Source: Mizuhopecten yessoensis (lineage: Eukaryota). Taken from it: DNA of 64,000 nt. Shown in pieces: positions 12,901 to 25,700 of this stretch (position 1 is the first letter of the stretch; each line of letters starts with the position of its first letter). The stretch is from contig NW_018406552.1 in assembly GCF_002113885.1 (NCBI RefSeq), positions 960,522-1,024,521 of the forward strand, read 5' to 3'. The position numbers and the translations under genes are program-made. The notes under the pieces were generated by a model. The model did not search any database, was not told the origin of the DNA, and saw only the letters and a list, made by a program, of their open reading frames with translations.

Positions 12901-15900
12901 TATATATTTCACTTTTGTTGCCTTTTTTCACTTCTGAACTACAATTTTTGTCATTGTATTTTGATGCTGTGGTTTATGTTGTCAGTCAATCTATGTTGAC
13001 CCTGTGTTGCTAGTCTATGATGCATCAGATTAGACTGGTAAAATAGTGTATTTAAAACTTATAACACTCCATAGTCAACTAAAATTCACAATTTGAAACC
13101 ATCTTTTTGTCTTGTATTTTGATGCAATAATTCATCTTGTCAATCCATGGTGATACTGTATTGCCAGGGTAGGATGCATTAGATCAGACTGTTGTTCATT
13201 TTTTTTAATGATTTACAACACTTGTCAACTAAAAGTCATAATTTTCCAATTTAAAACTATCTTTGGCGTTAATGTAAGTCTCGGAAGCCTCTTACCGCCC
13301 GTTGCCTTAGCGATCCTCCTCAGATCCACCTTCTTACATCTGCGTACAGCCATGGCACCGGCCTCAACAAAGTACTTGAGGCAGAGGTCATCAATACCTC
13401 CAGTAGTTAAGATAACATTGGCCCCTGTTGCAATGATTTTCTCTATCCTTTCCTTGGTAATATCGGTTTCTCTGGAACAGGAAGATAGTTATTAGTTTGT
13501 TGCTTATATTACCGGCCAGCTACGGTGAAGACATATTACAAAACTAAATACACCAAAAAGAAACTGAACAGTAAAAGTTTAAAAACTGTACACTTAAGTA
13601 TACAGCGAAAATGGTCAGATATTATCATACAAAGAATTTATTATTAAACCAATTTCACGCAGAATTTTGAAAGGAACAGGAAAGAAATTTTACTTGATGG
13701 CCTGAAATGGTTACAATTTCTATTTATTGATCTTTTTCCTGATTTACATTTCAAGTGAAACATCAATTACACAAATCTAGTTAAACTAGAACACGACAGG
13801 TCAGTAAAGGCCCAGTATTGAACTTAACACTATATGAATCCCCTATAATTACATTTAGCAGAAGCCACATCAATCAACTTGGATTTAGAAATATGGGTTA
13901 AAAAAGACAAGGTAATGCCCACAATGAACATTTTCCAAACTTCACAATAAAAAAAAATCGCCCTCGTCTCGTTTTTGCCATGTAAAATGAAAAAAATAAT
14001 ACCGCCCTGCCGCACCTATTTTGAAAGAAATTGGCCTGAGAACCAAGCAATTAATTTTATTTGGCCTTATAAGTCAAGTCTCCAACCTGCGACCCAGTGG
14101 TGAAAAGCTATGTAAGACGCCTTAACCACTGCGGCCCAAAAAAGTGTCGGACAGTGACACTGACTATGGTCAAAAGACATCTTTAATTTTATGATCCTGG
14201 CATATCCATCAAATACTTGGCCATTTATGTTACCACTAAAAGTAACACTTGCAGTCTAAAAATGTAATACAATGTATTTTTGATAGTATACCCCAGTATA
14301 CCCCACTTTTTTAAGTGACATTGACCTTCTGAACTTGTTTAACTCCTATTGCATATCTACATATAAAAGCATATATATATTGTGTGAAACTTCTGAAATC
14401 TTAAAGACTTTTGGATTCTTAAAATATCTGCTTAAATCAAAATTTGGATGAGCAGGGAGATTGACAAATGCACCAATACCTCTGATGCAGGGCCCTTAAA
14501 AAAGGAAATATAGTGAGATTTTCTAGCGCGACATTGTTAACATTTTCTACCGTCCCCTTAAATCTTATGTATCAGATTCAGTATGGTCAGAACTGAAGAT
14601 CTGTTTCAAGTAAGATTGCTCTTGACTGTGAACTAGTACCCCAAATGCAATCTATCACATTCTTGTGAATTAAAGTGAAGTCTACCCAATGATCAATACT
14701 TACTTCTGTCGGACTCCATCAAGGTCTTCTGGGTTTTCAATTAGGATCTGAACACCCATCTTCATCTTTGCTTTCATCAAACCGAAATCTAAACAGGCTA
14801 TCTTTGCATTGGTGATCTTTTTCGGCATGGCTGGTGATAAAAAACACAATGTGAACATACGTTTATTACCGTCATAAAATCTTGAGATAGCAGTATTAAA
14901 CAAAGAATTTCTAAAATTTAAAGAATACATTTCATTTTCATAACTTTCACCGGTATAATTGGCCTACTTATCATGGATTACAGAATAAGTTTGATTTTTT
15001 ACCCCACTTTTACTTCATTTTCATAACTTTCACCGGTATAATTGGCCTACTTATCATGGATTACAGAATAAGTTTGATTTTTTACCCCACTTTTACAACT
15101 TTCTAAAAAAATTGAGCAAATAATTATGAGGATGGTATTCTTTATTATGTCCAAAAAGAATAGAAAAAAATATATAATTGAACTTTCACCAAAAATAATT
15201 TAATTATTTGCAAGTCTTACCTTGTGATGCGACTGTACAGTTAAGAGCGTAGCCCTGGATCAGAGTACTTTCAATTGAACTACGTCCGTGGGCTTTCAGA
15301 ACGTTAACAGCCTTAATTGGATATTTGAACCCTCCCTTTCCATCAGATGTCTTGATAGCATTAGCAGCATCTAACACCATGTTGGAGAAGAAATCTGACT
15401 GGCTGATCAGGTTGTCAAGGTAGATAAGTATTCATCAAGATTTTTGATTGGTTGATTAAATTTGTGTTTTGGCAGCATAACTGTTATTAATTATAGGTTG
15501 ATAACGAACTAGGTGAATATGAAAACATGACAAAATATTGATTTCATGGTCAACTGGCTACAAATATGTACAAAATCATGTGCAACAGAAGTAATGAGCT
15601 TCCACTGGGGAATTCACCCACGAACCCAGACTTCCCAGTCAGACGCTCTACCACTGAGCTAAAGAGAAATTCCCTCTAGCGCGAAGCTAGAAGCTTAAGT
15701 TAATCGTAATCCTATGTACAATTAATACCTTAGATGTAAATTTCTGTCATTGATTCAGTAAATGATCTTTCCTTTAAGAAAAGATCAAAATTCATGAAAC
15801 AAGTCATACTGTGCCCCATTGTATATACTTTCAACTTACATAGAAGCTGAAAGGAAGTTGTATGGGATAAAGTCAAAAACTATTTCAGACTTCACTACTG

Positions 15901-18900
15901 CAGGGTATTTCCAGAGTATTTGAGATTCAATTTCTTAACACTTTCATCACTGTACACCATAATGGACTCATCTTGATCAATTTATGGTAGAGTTTATTAA
16001 AGTTACATAGGGGTAAAAGGGTTAAGACACACTGATGTATCTGGATTGAATCTGGATTGATGTTTCTCCATTTTCATCTTGATATTTTTCAAAAGACTGA
16101 AGTTTGTCTTGTTCTAAAACACCTATAACATTAGAAAACATAACTGTGTGTTATGCTACAAAGAATTATTTTTCTTCAATTTTTCTTTTTCAAATTTGGA
16201 GTTTTCTTAAAACTGATAAGAAAATGTCCCGATTCTCTTGAAAACAGTTTTGAAAATGTTTGAGGCAAGAATCCTGCATGGTAACTTGAAAGAAAATGTT
16301 TTTTTTCTTCAAAATAAACTCTTTTAAATCTTGTGATCATGAACGAAAGGATACGACCCAATGATTTTGCTGGACATGCTAGTTTTAGCAGCGTTGATGA
16401 TACATTCACGTCCGAGCTCTTCGGTGTTGATGGTGAGGTGTTCTTGTATGTACTTACAGGCTTCTCTACAAAATCACAGAAACAAAACACTAAGCATTCA
16501 TCTACAGTAACCAGTGATCAATTAAATCTAAAATCACAGAAACAAAACACTTCACTTCAACTAAATTTCAAATCATAAAAGATAATAAAATCCTTCAGCA
16601 TTCAATTACAGTACTATAATACATTCATCTCAATAACCAGTGATCAACTAAATTTAAAACTCCAAAAGATAAAACACTTCAGCATTCAATATCAAAACAT
16701 TCACATCAAGAACCATGCCAGTGATCAATCAAATTTAAAATTTCAAAAGATAAACATTCTGGCAATCAACTACAGAACATCCTTTTCAAGAACCAGTGAT
16801 CAAATAATTGTGAAATTTTAAAAAGCGACTGTTTTTACATAAAAAAATCATTATTGAAGTTTAATACATTTTGAAATATGATGAATTTGAAAGTTTTTTT
16901 AATTTCATTTAATCAGAAATTAGCATTTCACTTCCGGGTCCCATTTACTAGTAACTAAAATCTTTCAAAAGGTGTTATACTTTTTACGAAATTCTTAAGA
17001 TGCATATTAAAATTCTGAAACATGCAGTTTTCTATCATTTGAAATTGAAATTTCAGTCAATATCCCATTCAATTAATGATATTTTGAACAACTCGATTCA
17101 ATTAACGATATTTTGAACAACTCGATCTAGAAGTTGATGACGAAAAGCAAACATATTGTTCTTGTTCCTACTTGGTACATGGATAATTTCAGAAATAAAA
17201 AGATCCAATTTACTATGTAAGGTTTTCTATCTCCCACTGTATATACCTTCAGTTTATGGAATACAAACTGGAGGGAAGTTGAATGGGAGTTCATTGTTAG
17301 TTTTATCATGTAGCAACAAGAGGGAAACTTGAACGCTTATTGTGTAGAAAATTAAGAAAAGTTGAAAAGCGTGTCCCTGTTTATAATTTAGTGTAGAAAC
17401 AGGAGGGACGGTAGTGGTGGTTCAGCTTATCAGTTTACTGTGTAGTTTTACTGTGAGGGACGGTGTGTGGTGGTTCAACTGATCAGTTTACTGTGTAGTT
17501 TTGCTGGGAGGGACGGTAGTGGTCGTTCAGCTTATCAGTTTACTGTGTAGTTTTGCTGTGAGGACGGTATGTGGTGGTTCAACTTATCAGTATACCGTTT
17601 AGTTTTGCTGTGAGGGACGGTGTGTGGTGGTTCGGTTTATCAGTTTACTGTGTAGTTTTGCTGTGAGGGGCGGTGTGTGGTGGTTCAGCTTATCAGTTTA
17701 CTGTGTAGTTTTACTGTGAGGGACGGTGTGTGGTGGTTCAACTGATCAGTTTACTGTGTAGTTTTGCTGTGAGGGACGGTATGTGGTGGTTCAACTTATC
17801 AGTATACCGTTTAGTTTTGCTGTGAGGGACGGTGTGTGGTGGTTCAACTGATCAGTTTACTGTGTAGTTTTGCTGTGAGGGACAGTAGTGGTGGTTCAGC
17901 TTATCAGTTTACTGTGTAGTTTTGCTGTGAGGGACGGTATGTGGTGGTTCAACTTATCAGTATACCGTGTAGTTTTGCTGTGAGGGACGGTGTGTGGTGG
18001 TTCAGCTTATCAGTTTACCGTGTAGTTTTGCTGTGAGGGACGGTATGTGGTGGTTCAGCTTATCAGTTTACTGTGTAGTTTTGCTGTGAGGGACGGTGTG
18101 TGGTGGTTCAACTGATCAGTTTACTGTGTAGTTTTGCTGTGAGGGACGGTAGTGGTGGTTCGGCTTATCAGTTTACTGTGTAGTTTTGCTGTGAGGGACG
18201 GTATGTGGTGGTTCAGCTTATCAGTTTACCGTGTAGTTTTGGTGAATGCTCATTTATTCTAGATACATTGAATGGTGATATTGCAATAAACTCCTACCTC
18301 TGATAACTGTGTGATTAAAAGACACATAAACTGGTATTTCATGACTTACTTGCAAGCCAATCTGTATCCACTGATGATTGATGTGGGGTGGATTTTACAT
18401 TTAACCAACTCGTCAGCATTTTTCAACAGCTCTGCTGCAATTATCACCTGTAAAGAATTTTGTTTCATTAGTAAAATAGACATCCTAACAATTTTCTCCA
18501 TAGTAGATCTAAACCTTAAGGCCGGCCCATCTTGGCATAAAAAAACTCTGATAAAAACTGAATAATCTATTTCAAACCAAAGTACCAACTGATTGGTGTT
18601 CAGTAGGTGAACTTAATAAATTAATTTATTCCGGTTTGAAGCCTGACAATGCGCTGTATACAAGTGGCACACTATTGACTTAAAAGACTTTTATGTTTTT
18701 GATAAAATAAACTTAAACAATTTGTTTATGAACCTGTCCATGCCATAAAATCCTTTGTCATAACGAAAATAAATGATAAGCTTGTCTTTTTAGTCTGAAA
18801 AGAGTCACACAACAGGGTTTTTGCCAGCTATTTTGGGAAAGGCCCCTGAGCAGGAATTTGGGAAAATATCATCGGCATTTGGCAAAATTTGGGAAATATC

Positions 18901-21900
18901 ATCAGTGTTCCCACATGCACAGGTTCAGGAAAATACAAGTTTTGAGAAATATAATCTACAATGTGATTTGCAAAAAGTTTTCCTCTAGCTGTTTTTTGTA
19001 GAATGTATAGCAATAAATAAACATCAATTTTCAGGGTTTTTGTTTATTCAATTACAAATTTCTGTTATTTATGTATTTTGAATGCTCTTTCATGGACAGT
19101 AATACTTTGAACGTTGCACACATAACAACCGGAAACTTGTATAAACATGTTTTTTATATATCTTATTTGGGAAAATAAAGACTGGAATTGGGAAAATAGT
19201 GTTATTTTTTAATCGAGAATGGGTTCCCTAATTACCGGACCCTATAAACACCTAGCAAAACCCCGGAGATATCTGTTTAAATAGATGTTCTATCAAAAAT
19301 AGCTACACATGTGCAATTTCATTCTGCACGATATGCAAAACAAATGCATTAAAATACAGTAGCCTTCACTGCAATATATGATTTTACAACATATGATGCA
19401 AAACACTACAAGGACCTTGAAGGTAAGTACGTTTACAGACTCCTGAGTTTGAATCGAAGAAGCCCTATAAAAATATGGACAAGTTGTTTTAACAGCGAAG
19501 ATACATAAAATATAGAGAAATTAGGAGGTGGTGAAATATTTTCTGATTTCTCAAGCCAATAAGATGGTGCTTGAGTGGTAAAGAGGTCTAAAGAATAGGA
19601 ATTTGAAGGACATTCTCACCACTGATGTTGTACCATCTCCGACTTCCTGGTCCTGAAGTTCTGCCAGCTCCACCAAGATTTTAGCAGCTGGATGTTCTAC
19701 TTCTAGTAACTTCAGAATGGTGGCTCCGTCATTTGTAATGGTCACATCCTACATTTACGTAATCACAGTTACAAAGGTGCCCAAAAAAGAATACTTATAA
19801 AAAAGCAAATAATGAATTATAATAAAATATGATTCATTGAAATTTATTAATTTCTGAAGCTATTAATTATATGTTTTTAAGCTTTTAATGTGAATTTGAA
19901 TACTATTCCATTTAAGACCTTCACCTTTTATTATAGTTTGATCATCTACATACATTCATAATAATATTATTAAAAACAGGATGTCCAAACCATGCACTTT
20001 GGACCATTTTTTCAGTTGTTCAACTACAAATAGTACCTGCAGCTAAGCTAGCTAGGGAAAAGATGGGAGACACATGAAAGAGCTGCAGTAGAAATTAAAC
20101 AACAGATCAGTTTTGGTTTCTTAAATATCTCAAAAGCAGTGAACATAGATGAAATTATCCTTATTCTGGGAGTGGGGATGTTTCTTGGACTGCTAACACA
20201 AGTTCTTTAAATTTGTATGCGCTGGTGATCTATTTCAAAATTTCATATCTATTTTGAGAATATATGTTGCTTTACCCCAGCGTTAGGTATTAAAATCTTA
20301 CAAAATCGGACTGTTTCTAGTAAGGCCAAAAAAATATTGTCTGTTTAGGGTTGCATGGCCAAAATCAAGGGTAGGTAGGTAAAAAAAAAAAAACAAACCA
20401 ATTTGTATGTTTTTTGTGTACCATGTGGTCATGTGATTATGACGCTAGCTACTATTGTATGTAAAACAAAGAATTACATAAACAAGGTAAATTTGGAGGC
20501 AAATTGTGCCCCTTATGCTGACATTTAGCGCCAACACGGAGCTGGAAGCCATTTTGATTTTTTTTTTATGGCCTAATATGACACTCTGTATGTATGTGCA
20601 ATAATTACTTTGTTGAACACATTCACCCCTACATATTTAAACGGGCCTTAATTGGCCAATCTTTGATTTGGTAAGATTCAAATGTGAATTTAGGGGTGAA
20701 TGGGTTAAGACTAATAAAATCTATTTAAGGCAATGATTCTATTACAAGTTAAGAATCTGGTACATATGAACCAAGGAGGTGTCTTAGGATTGGCGTCGCA
20801 CCTCTGATACTGCATACTTACACCAATATCATCTACCAGCATTTTGTCCAGTCCCACTGGTCCAAGACTGCTTTTGACAATATTTGCAATGGAGCTTGCT
20901 GCCATCACTGGAATTGATTTAGAGGAAAAACTCATTACATTTCAATAGCGACCAACGATATTTGTATATATTTTTTTAATGTTAGGATTGGGCCTTTTTG
21001 AAGCATTTTGGGAAGGAAGACTATCAATTGGGAGGGAAATTTTCAGGATTAATTTATTATACTAGGAATTTTGGGATTAAAGCATGATAGTTTCAATTGT
21101 GAATCCGAACAAAAAGTCCTCAGAAACAAGAGGCCCATGGGCCTAAACGGTCACCTGAGTCTACANAGTGACCTAAAAACCTAGTTTGGTATTTATAATG
21201 TAGCACATTGTACATTTAAAAAGAATAGTTTGTGATGACATTTTCTTCTACTGAATTTTCTAAGACTTAAACAAATGTTATGAGGGACTTTAATTAATTA
21301 TAATGACTTACCAAATTTTTTGTTCGCTCTGGTGGTGATAATAAGAGCAGATTTGGATAAATTATAATCCATTTATCGATATATGTGAGATATGTGTTTT
21401 GTCATATATGAATGTCCTCTGCCCCCACACCAGACATCTATCTGTCAAAATGACTACAGTTCTGTAAGTCTGGTGATCACTCAGGGCCAAAGGAAACTAA
21501 AATTACTTGGGCTTAAACTACCAATAGTGAACTTGATGAATTTGTATGTGTCATTATATTATCCCGAAATCTTTTCTGACCAAACTTAGGTTTAACATTG
21601 AAGACCTTTCATAATACACCACACGTTATTTGATAAAACTATAAGATACTTGTTTAACTAGTAAATTTATTGCAAACTATTTGTACATTCCCAGCACTCG
21701 GCATAGACAACGGTCTTTAAAAGAAACCGGAACAACGACTACAATATTCATAATTTTCATTTGCCCTTTTCTCTTTATCTGTCACGTAGCTTATGACTGA
21801 TCGAAAATCAAAATCAAAGTCTCCTGCTCAAATTTGCGGAGACATGCAGAACGGTCACAGAACATGTCTGTGTATGGGGCTTATATGGGGATTTCGTTAA

Positions 21901-22288
21901 GTCAAATATACTAGAATAACTCAAATAAAACGAACATTACATGTTACATTAACTGAAGTATATTTTATTCTATTTCAGTTTCAAAAAACAAATGTTCAAA
22001 ATCACACTTATAAAATCAAAAAGAGTTTTTAATTATTTACACGAAACCCCTTTGGTTACCGGAACATGCCCGAACATTCGAGACCATGTGCGAGTCATGC
22101 TTCTGTTTTGACACCGGTATTTCAGAAGTTGTCGGCTGATAAAAACGTTTTACTGTAACTCGTATGGTACATCACTTAACTGGATGTAAAAGAAATCGGC
22201 ACAATATATCCTTACCATTTTGTGAACGGACAGACTGGCCCGTAGTTCTGTCGCCACCAACAGTGAGAGTAGCCGTAGTGTTTGCCAT
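3985..22288 (-). CDS. TCP1: T-complex protein 1 subunit alpha (CCT1), 12 coding exons, 555 aa
   Basis: Exons in transcript order: 22216-22288, 20822-20907, 19620-19748, 18350-18447, 16355-16465, 15221-15402, 14704-14830, 13296-13471, 12631-12754, 11119-11311, 4667-4830, 3985-4189. Total 1668 nt, in frame with GT-AG boundaries. Chaperonin motifs [38 protein letters not shown] and [14 protein letters not shown] are present. AATAAA on the minus strand at 3730-3735. Confidence 0.98.
4963..5044 (-). ncRNA. Box C/D snoRNA copy 1 (type A), 18S rRNA guide, TCP1 intron 10
   Basis: Minus strand: TCTGTCC-g-ATGATGA (box C) ... ATGA (D') ... TTGATGA (C') ... AACACTCTAATTTTTTT-CTGA (box D)-GGACAGA. Has a 7-bp terminal stem and canonical k-turn spacing. 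Confidence 0.85.
5422..5912. mobile_element. HINE-like element with 164-bp internal repeats, inserted between snoRNA copies 1 and 2
   Basis: subTIRs GTCTCGCC (5445-5452) and GGCGAGAC (5900-5907); AGAGAAACTAACTT recurs at 5494, 5658 and 5822. Confidence 0.65.
5991..6063 (-). ncRNA. Box C/D snoRNA copy 2 (type B)
   Basis: GACC-t-GTGATGA ... TTGATGA ... AACACTCTAATTTTTTT-CTGA-GGTT. Confidence 0.8.
6540..6622 (-). ncRNA. Box C/D snoRNA copy 3 (type A, 8-U guide variant)
   Basis: TCTGTCC-g-GTGATGA ... ACACTCTAATTTTTTTT-CTGA-GGACAGA. Confidence 0.8.
7069..7141 (-). ncRNA. Box C/D snoRNA copy 4 (type B)
   Basis: Boxes C, D', C', D and the 18S guide are intact; the terminal stem is weaker (GACC/GGAC). 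Confidence 0.75.
7573..7645 (-). ncRNA. Box C/D snoRNA copy 5 (type B)
   Basis: Same organisation as copy 4, 504 bp away. Confidence 0.75.
8149..8231 (-). ncRNA. Box C/D snoRNA copy 6 (type A, 8-U guide variant)
   Basis: Same organisation as copy 3, with a 7-bp terminal stem. Confidence 0.8.
8778..8850 (-). ncRNA. Box C/D snoRNA copy 7 (type B)
   Basis: Boxes and guide are intact. Confidence 0.75.
9280..9352 (-). ncRNA. Box C/D snoRNA copy 8 (type B)
   Basis: Boxes and guide are intact; 502 bp from copy 7. Confidence 0.75.
9543..10423. other. Assembly gap (881 N)
   Basis: Run of N directly adjacent to the tandem array. Confidence 1.
10797..10910. repeat. Short tandem repeat, about 43-bp unit, 2.6 copies
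   Basis: AAAACGACTATTGTCGTGCGTAGCAGTGAGGGCCCGACTTTTC repeated. Confidence 0.85.
11502..11691. mobile_element. Palindromic MITE with TA ends in TCP1 intron 9
   Basis: About 75-bp inverted arms: TATTCTGTCTTTGCATATTGCAGAGTTATCTTCTCTTG / CAAGAGAAGATAACTCTGCAATACGCAAAGACGGAATA. Confidence 0.85.
14931..15096. repeat. Perfect 83-bp tandem duplication in TCP1 intron 6
   Basis: Two identical copies starting at 14931 and 15014. Confidence 0.9.
15403..16354 (-). other. U12-type (minor spliceosome) GT-AG intron, TCP1 intron 5
   Basis: 5' splice site GTATCCTTT (16346-16354); branch point CCTTGAC (15414-15420) about 13 nt from the AG; no polypyrimidine tract. Splicing restores [14 protein letters not shown]. 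Confidence 0.92.
17403..18240. repeat. Minisatellite, 52-53-bp unit, about 16 copies (TCP1 intron 4)
   Basis: GAGGGACGGTGTGTGGTGGTTCAGCTTATCAGTTTACTGTGTAGTTTTGCTGT. Confidence 0.97.
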
Positions 22289-22767
22289 GCTTGTTGTTTA
22301 TTCTCGCACTGTCTCGTTTTTCCTCGCATTACAACGAGACGTTCAATAAATAAACCCTTTGTTTTTTTATATTTCGTGTTATTTATTAATTGATGCTTAT
22401 AGTTCACAGAAAATAATAAATTCGACAAACAACAATAATCTTAATCAAAATGAACGTAATTTATAATAAACACTTAAAACAAAATTCAGTGTTCATGCCG
22501 GAGGCCTCATTAGGGGTTACTCAGTTAACCTTTAATAGCATAAATCTAACTGTGCAGAAACCATTTGAATTAAAAAAATCCCATTAACATTTTTATAAAT
22601 GGTAAAAGCCAAGCAATTATTTTCCTATTCATATAAGTTTTATAAATATGATCAGTTATTTATATATATTTATATAAATTTATATTCCGGACCAGCATCC
22701 GTTTTTTAACTTAGTTAATTCTTAATTCCTAACCTACTTTCACTTTGTCTGCAGTGTACGTTACGTT
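22289..22767. promoter_or_regulatory. Putative bidirectional promoter region shared by TCP1 and the crotonase gene
   Basis: Head-to-head start codons separated by only 479 bp. Confidence 0.7.
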
Positions 22768-25700
22768 ATGTTCCGGAGACGATTGATCGGGTACTTGGCG
22801 TCATCAATGTCTAGAATACCCAGACAATTTTCTTCCGGTAGAAATTATACTGGTATATCACTTTCTTCTGTTACAACTATTAATGAAAAACAGTAAAGTG
22901 ACACATTTATCATTATCTGATACATATCTCATCTGCCAAAGACAATGTATATGTAAATAAAGTTTCTGGGAATCGAACCAGGGACCTTCAAACCTTAGAC
23001 GAACGCTCTTACCAATTGAGCTACCTGGTCACTGGCAATCGACCCAGTCCAGTGTTGCTGCAATGTTTTGAGCGTTATGGATTTAGGAGAGGAAAAATGC
23101 ACGGCCAGACCGGGGTTGGAGCCTGGGACCGTCCAAAGTCTAGACGGACGCTCTACCAACTGAGCTACCTATAGTTGTCTATGATTGACCAAGTCCAGTT
23201 CTGCTACATATCAATGCTTAAAGTCCAGAAACTGGTGATCAATGATCAGGAGCCTGTATATATATATGGCTGGTAAGATACTTAGCTCAGCTACTTTAAT
23301 TCCTACCGACTCAGCTGGGGTTTGGGCGGGGGTGAGATTATCTTTATTTCTGTATCAGGGGTCATTATACATATATTTTTTTCAATGCCTCCACAAGGAG
23401 TCAAACCCAGGACCTCTGGCTAACTAGGCTTACGCTCTAGGCTTATGAGCTAAAGACATGTTCTCCCTAGCCGAGTCGGTAGAAAGCGGCTAGTATTTTA
23501 CCAGGGTGACATACTCCCCCTCCAGGAAAGAACTTTTCTCAAGTTTTCCAGGGGTCATAGCAATTCTTTCGCAAGTGTTGCTGAGTATTTTTGTCAAATC
23601 TCCCGGGTCCCTACGTGGGCCCCAATGAGCTAAAAAAATTCTCCCTAGCTGAGTTGGTAGAAAGTGGCTAGTATTTTAACAGAGTGACAGTTCATTTGGC
23701 AAAACGTTGGTTAATTACTGAGGTTCCAAGTTTCACTCTTAGCCGAGGCATTTTAATGAATTATACTGACCTCTGTTACAGTGGCACCCACGTAGGGACC
23801 TTCGAAACATTGACAAAAATAACCTAGTGATATTTCACGGGCGAGTCCCCATCAAGGATTATTCCTTTATGTGGAGTATTGCACCCAGTGGTGAAATATT
23901 AACTCCTTCCTACCAAATAAGATGGGAAATATTCTCTTAAGCTCATTCAGTTCAGCATTAAACTATAACAGCTAGCATTTAAACCAGAGGTCCCGGGTTC
24001 GACTTCGAGTGGAGGCATAAAAAAATGATGACCTCTGTTACAGATATATACAGTTGAGTTAAGTAATACCCATAGTAACTGATGTGTATTGCTTTCTAAA
24101 GTCATTGTTGTCATAAAGTGCCTTTTGTTAGCATTCAGAAGGAGTCATTAATGATTGGTTTCTACAGAAGACTGATTTGATGTGATTATAAAAAAGAAAG
24201 AACGCTGGAAACACACTGAATGTGGTGCTTGTTGCCTGGTCCCATGGAAAACATGGAAAAAGCCAGAGTTGAAAAAAAGGATAAAATATCTCATGATAAA
24301 GTGTATTATTTCAAACATAAATCAAAACCAAGTCTGAAAAAGTAAATAAAAAAATCAACTGGTTCAATGAATGCAAGAGGAGACCATAAGTGATAAACAC
24401 TTAGAAATTTTATATTATGATAGTCACTCATTTAATATTTATCATTTTATTATTTTTTATTAATATTCCCATGTAGCCATTGGTACTGTGAAAGTGGAGG
24501 TTCTCGGGGACAGGAATGTTTGTGTGATTGAGATCGTACGTCCAGAGGTGAGGAACGCTGTGGATCCACCCACGGCCAAAGCTTTGTACACAGCATTCCG
24601 TGAGTTTGACGAGGACCAGAACTGCCATGTGGCTGTGTTACACGGAACAGGTAAACACGTATAGTAAAACCTTGCTATACTGCTATCATTTGTTTAGAGA
24701 AAGTTTGGTGTTACAAAGTGGTTTAGCGATAAAGTAAGGGAAACATAATGGAATTCTGAAGAAAAGGAGAAAAAAAAGGCCTTGAAATATGTAATCGGCA
24801 GCATGTGAGGTGGGACATGAAACAAAGGGCGTTATATCGAGGTCTTACTGTAGGTTTGACAGTATCAGAACAGTATTAACTTGTTATAAAACTTGATGGA
24901 TCTGTTCTCAGTTAAAGGTATGTCTCAGTGGTGAACCATCTAGTCACTTGTTACTCACTCAGCTAGAGGTATGTCACAGTGCTGAACCATCTAGTCACTT
25001 GTTACTCACTCAGCTAGAGGTATGTCACAGTGGTGAACCATCAAGTCACTTGCTACTCACTCAGCTAGAGGTATGTCACAGTGGTGAACCATCTAATCAC
25101 TTGTTACTGACTAAGCTAGAGGAATGTCACAGCGGTGAACCATCTAGTCACTTGTTACTCACTCAGCTAGAGGTACGTCACAGTGGTAAACCATCTAGTC
25201 ACTTGTTACTCACTTAGCTAGAGGTATGTCACAGTGGCGAACCATCAAGTCACTTGCTACTCACTCAGCTAGAGGTATGTCACAGTGGTGAACCATCTAG
25301 TCACTTGTTACTCACTCAGCTAGAGGTATGTCACAGTGGTGAACCATCTCTAGTCACTTGTTACTGACTCAGCTAGAGGTACGTCACAGCGGTGAACCAT
25401 CTAGTCACTTGTTACTCACTCAGCTAGATGTATGTCACAGTGGTAAACCATCTAGTCACTTGTTACTGACTCAGCTAGAGGTATGTCACAGTGGTGAAAC
25501 ATCTAGTCACTTGTTACTGACTCGACTAGAGGTATGTCACAGTGGTGAACCATCTAGTCGCTTGTTACTCACTCAGCTAGAGGAATATCATAGTGTTGAA
25601 CCATCTAGTCACTTGTTACTCTCTCAGCTAGATGTATGTCACAGTGGTAGACCATCTAGTCACTTGTTACTGACTCGGCTAGAGGTATGTCACAGTGGTG

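Noticed and set aside
12945-13265. Diverged tandem duplication of about 160 bp in TCP1 intron 8 as a candidate snoRNA pair
   Set aside because: There are no correctly placed C/D or H/ACA boxes on the host strand.
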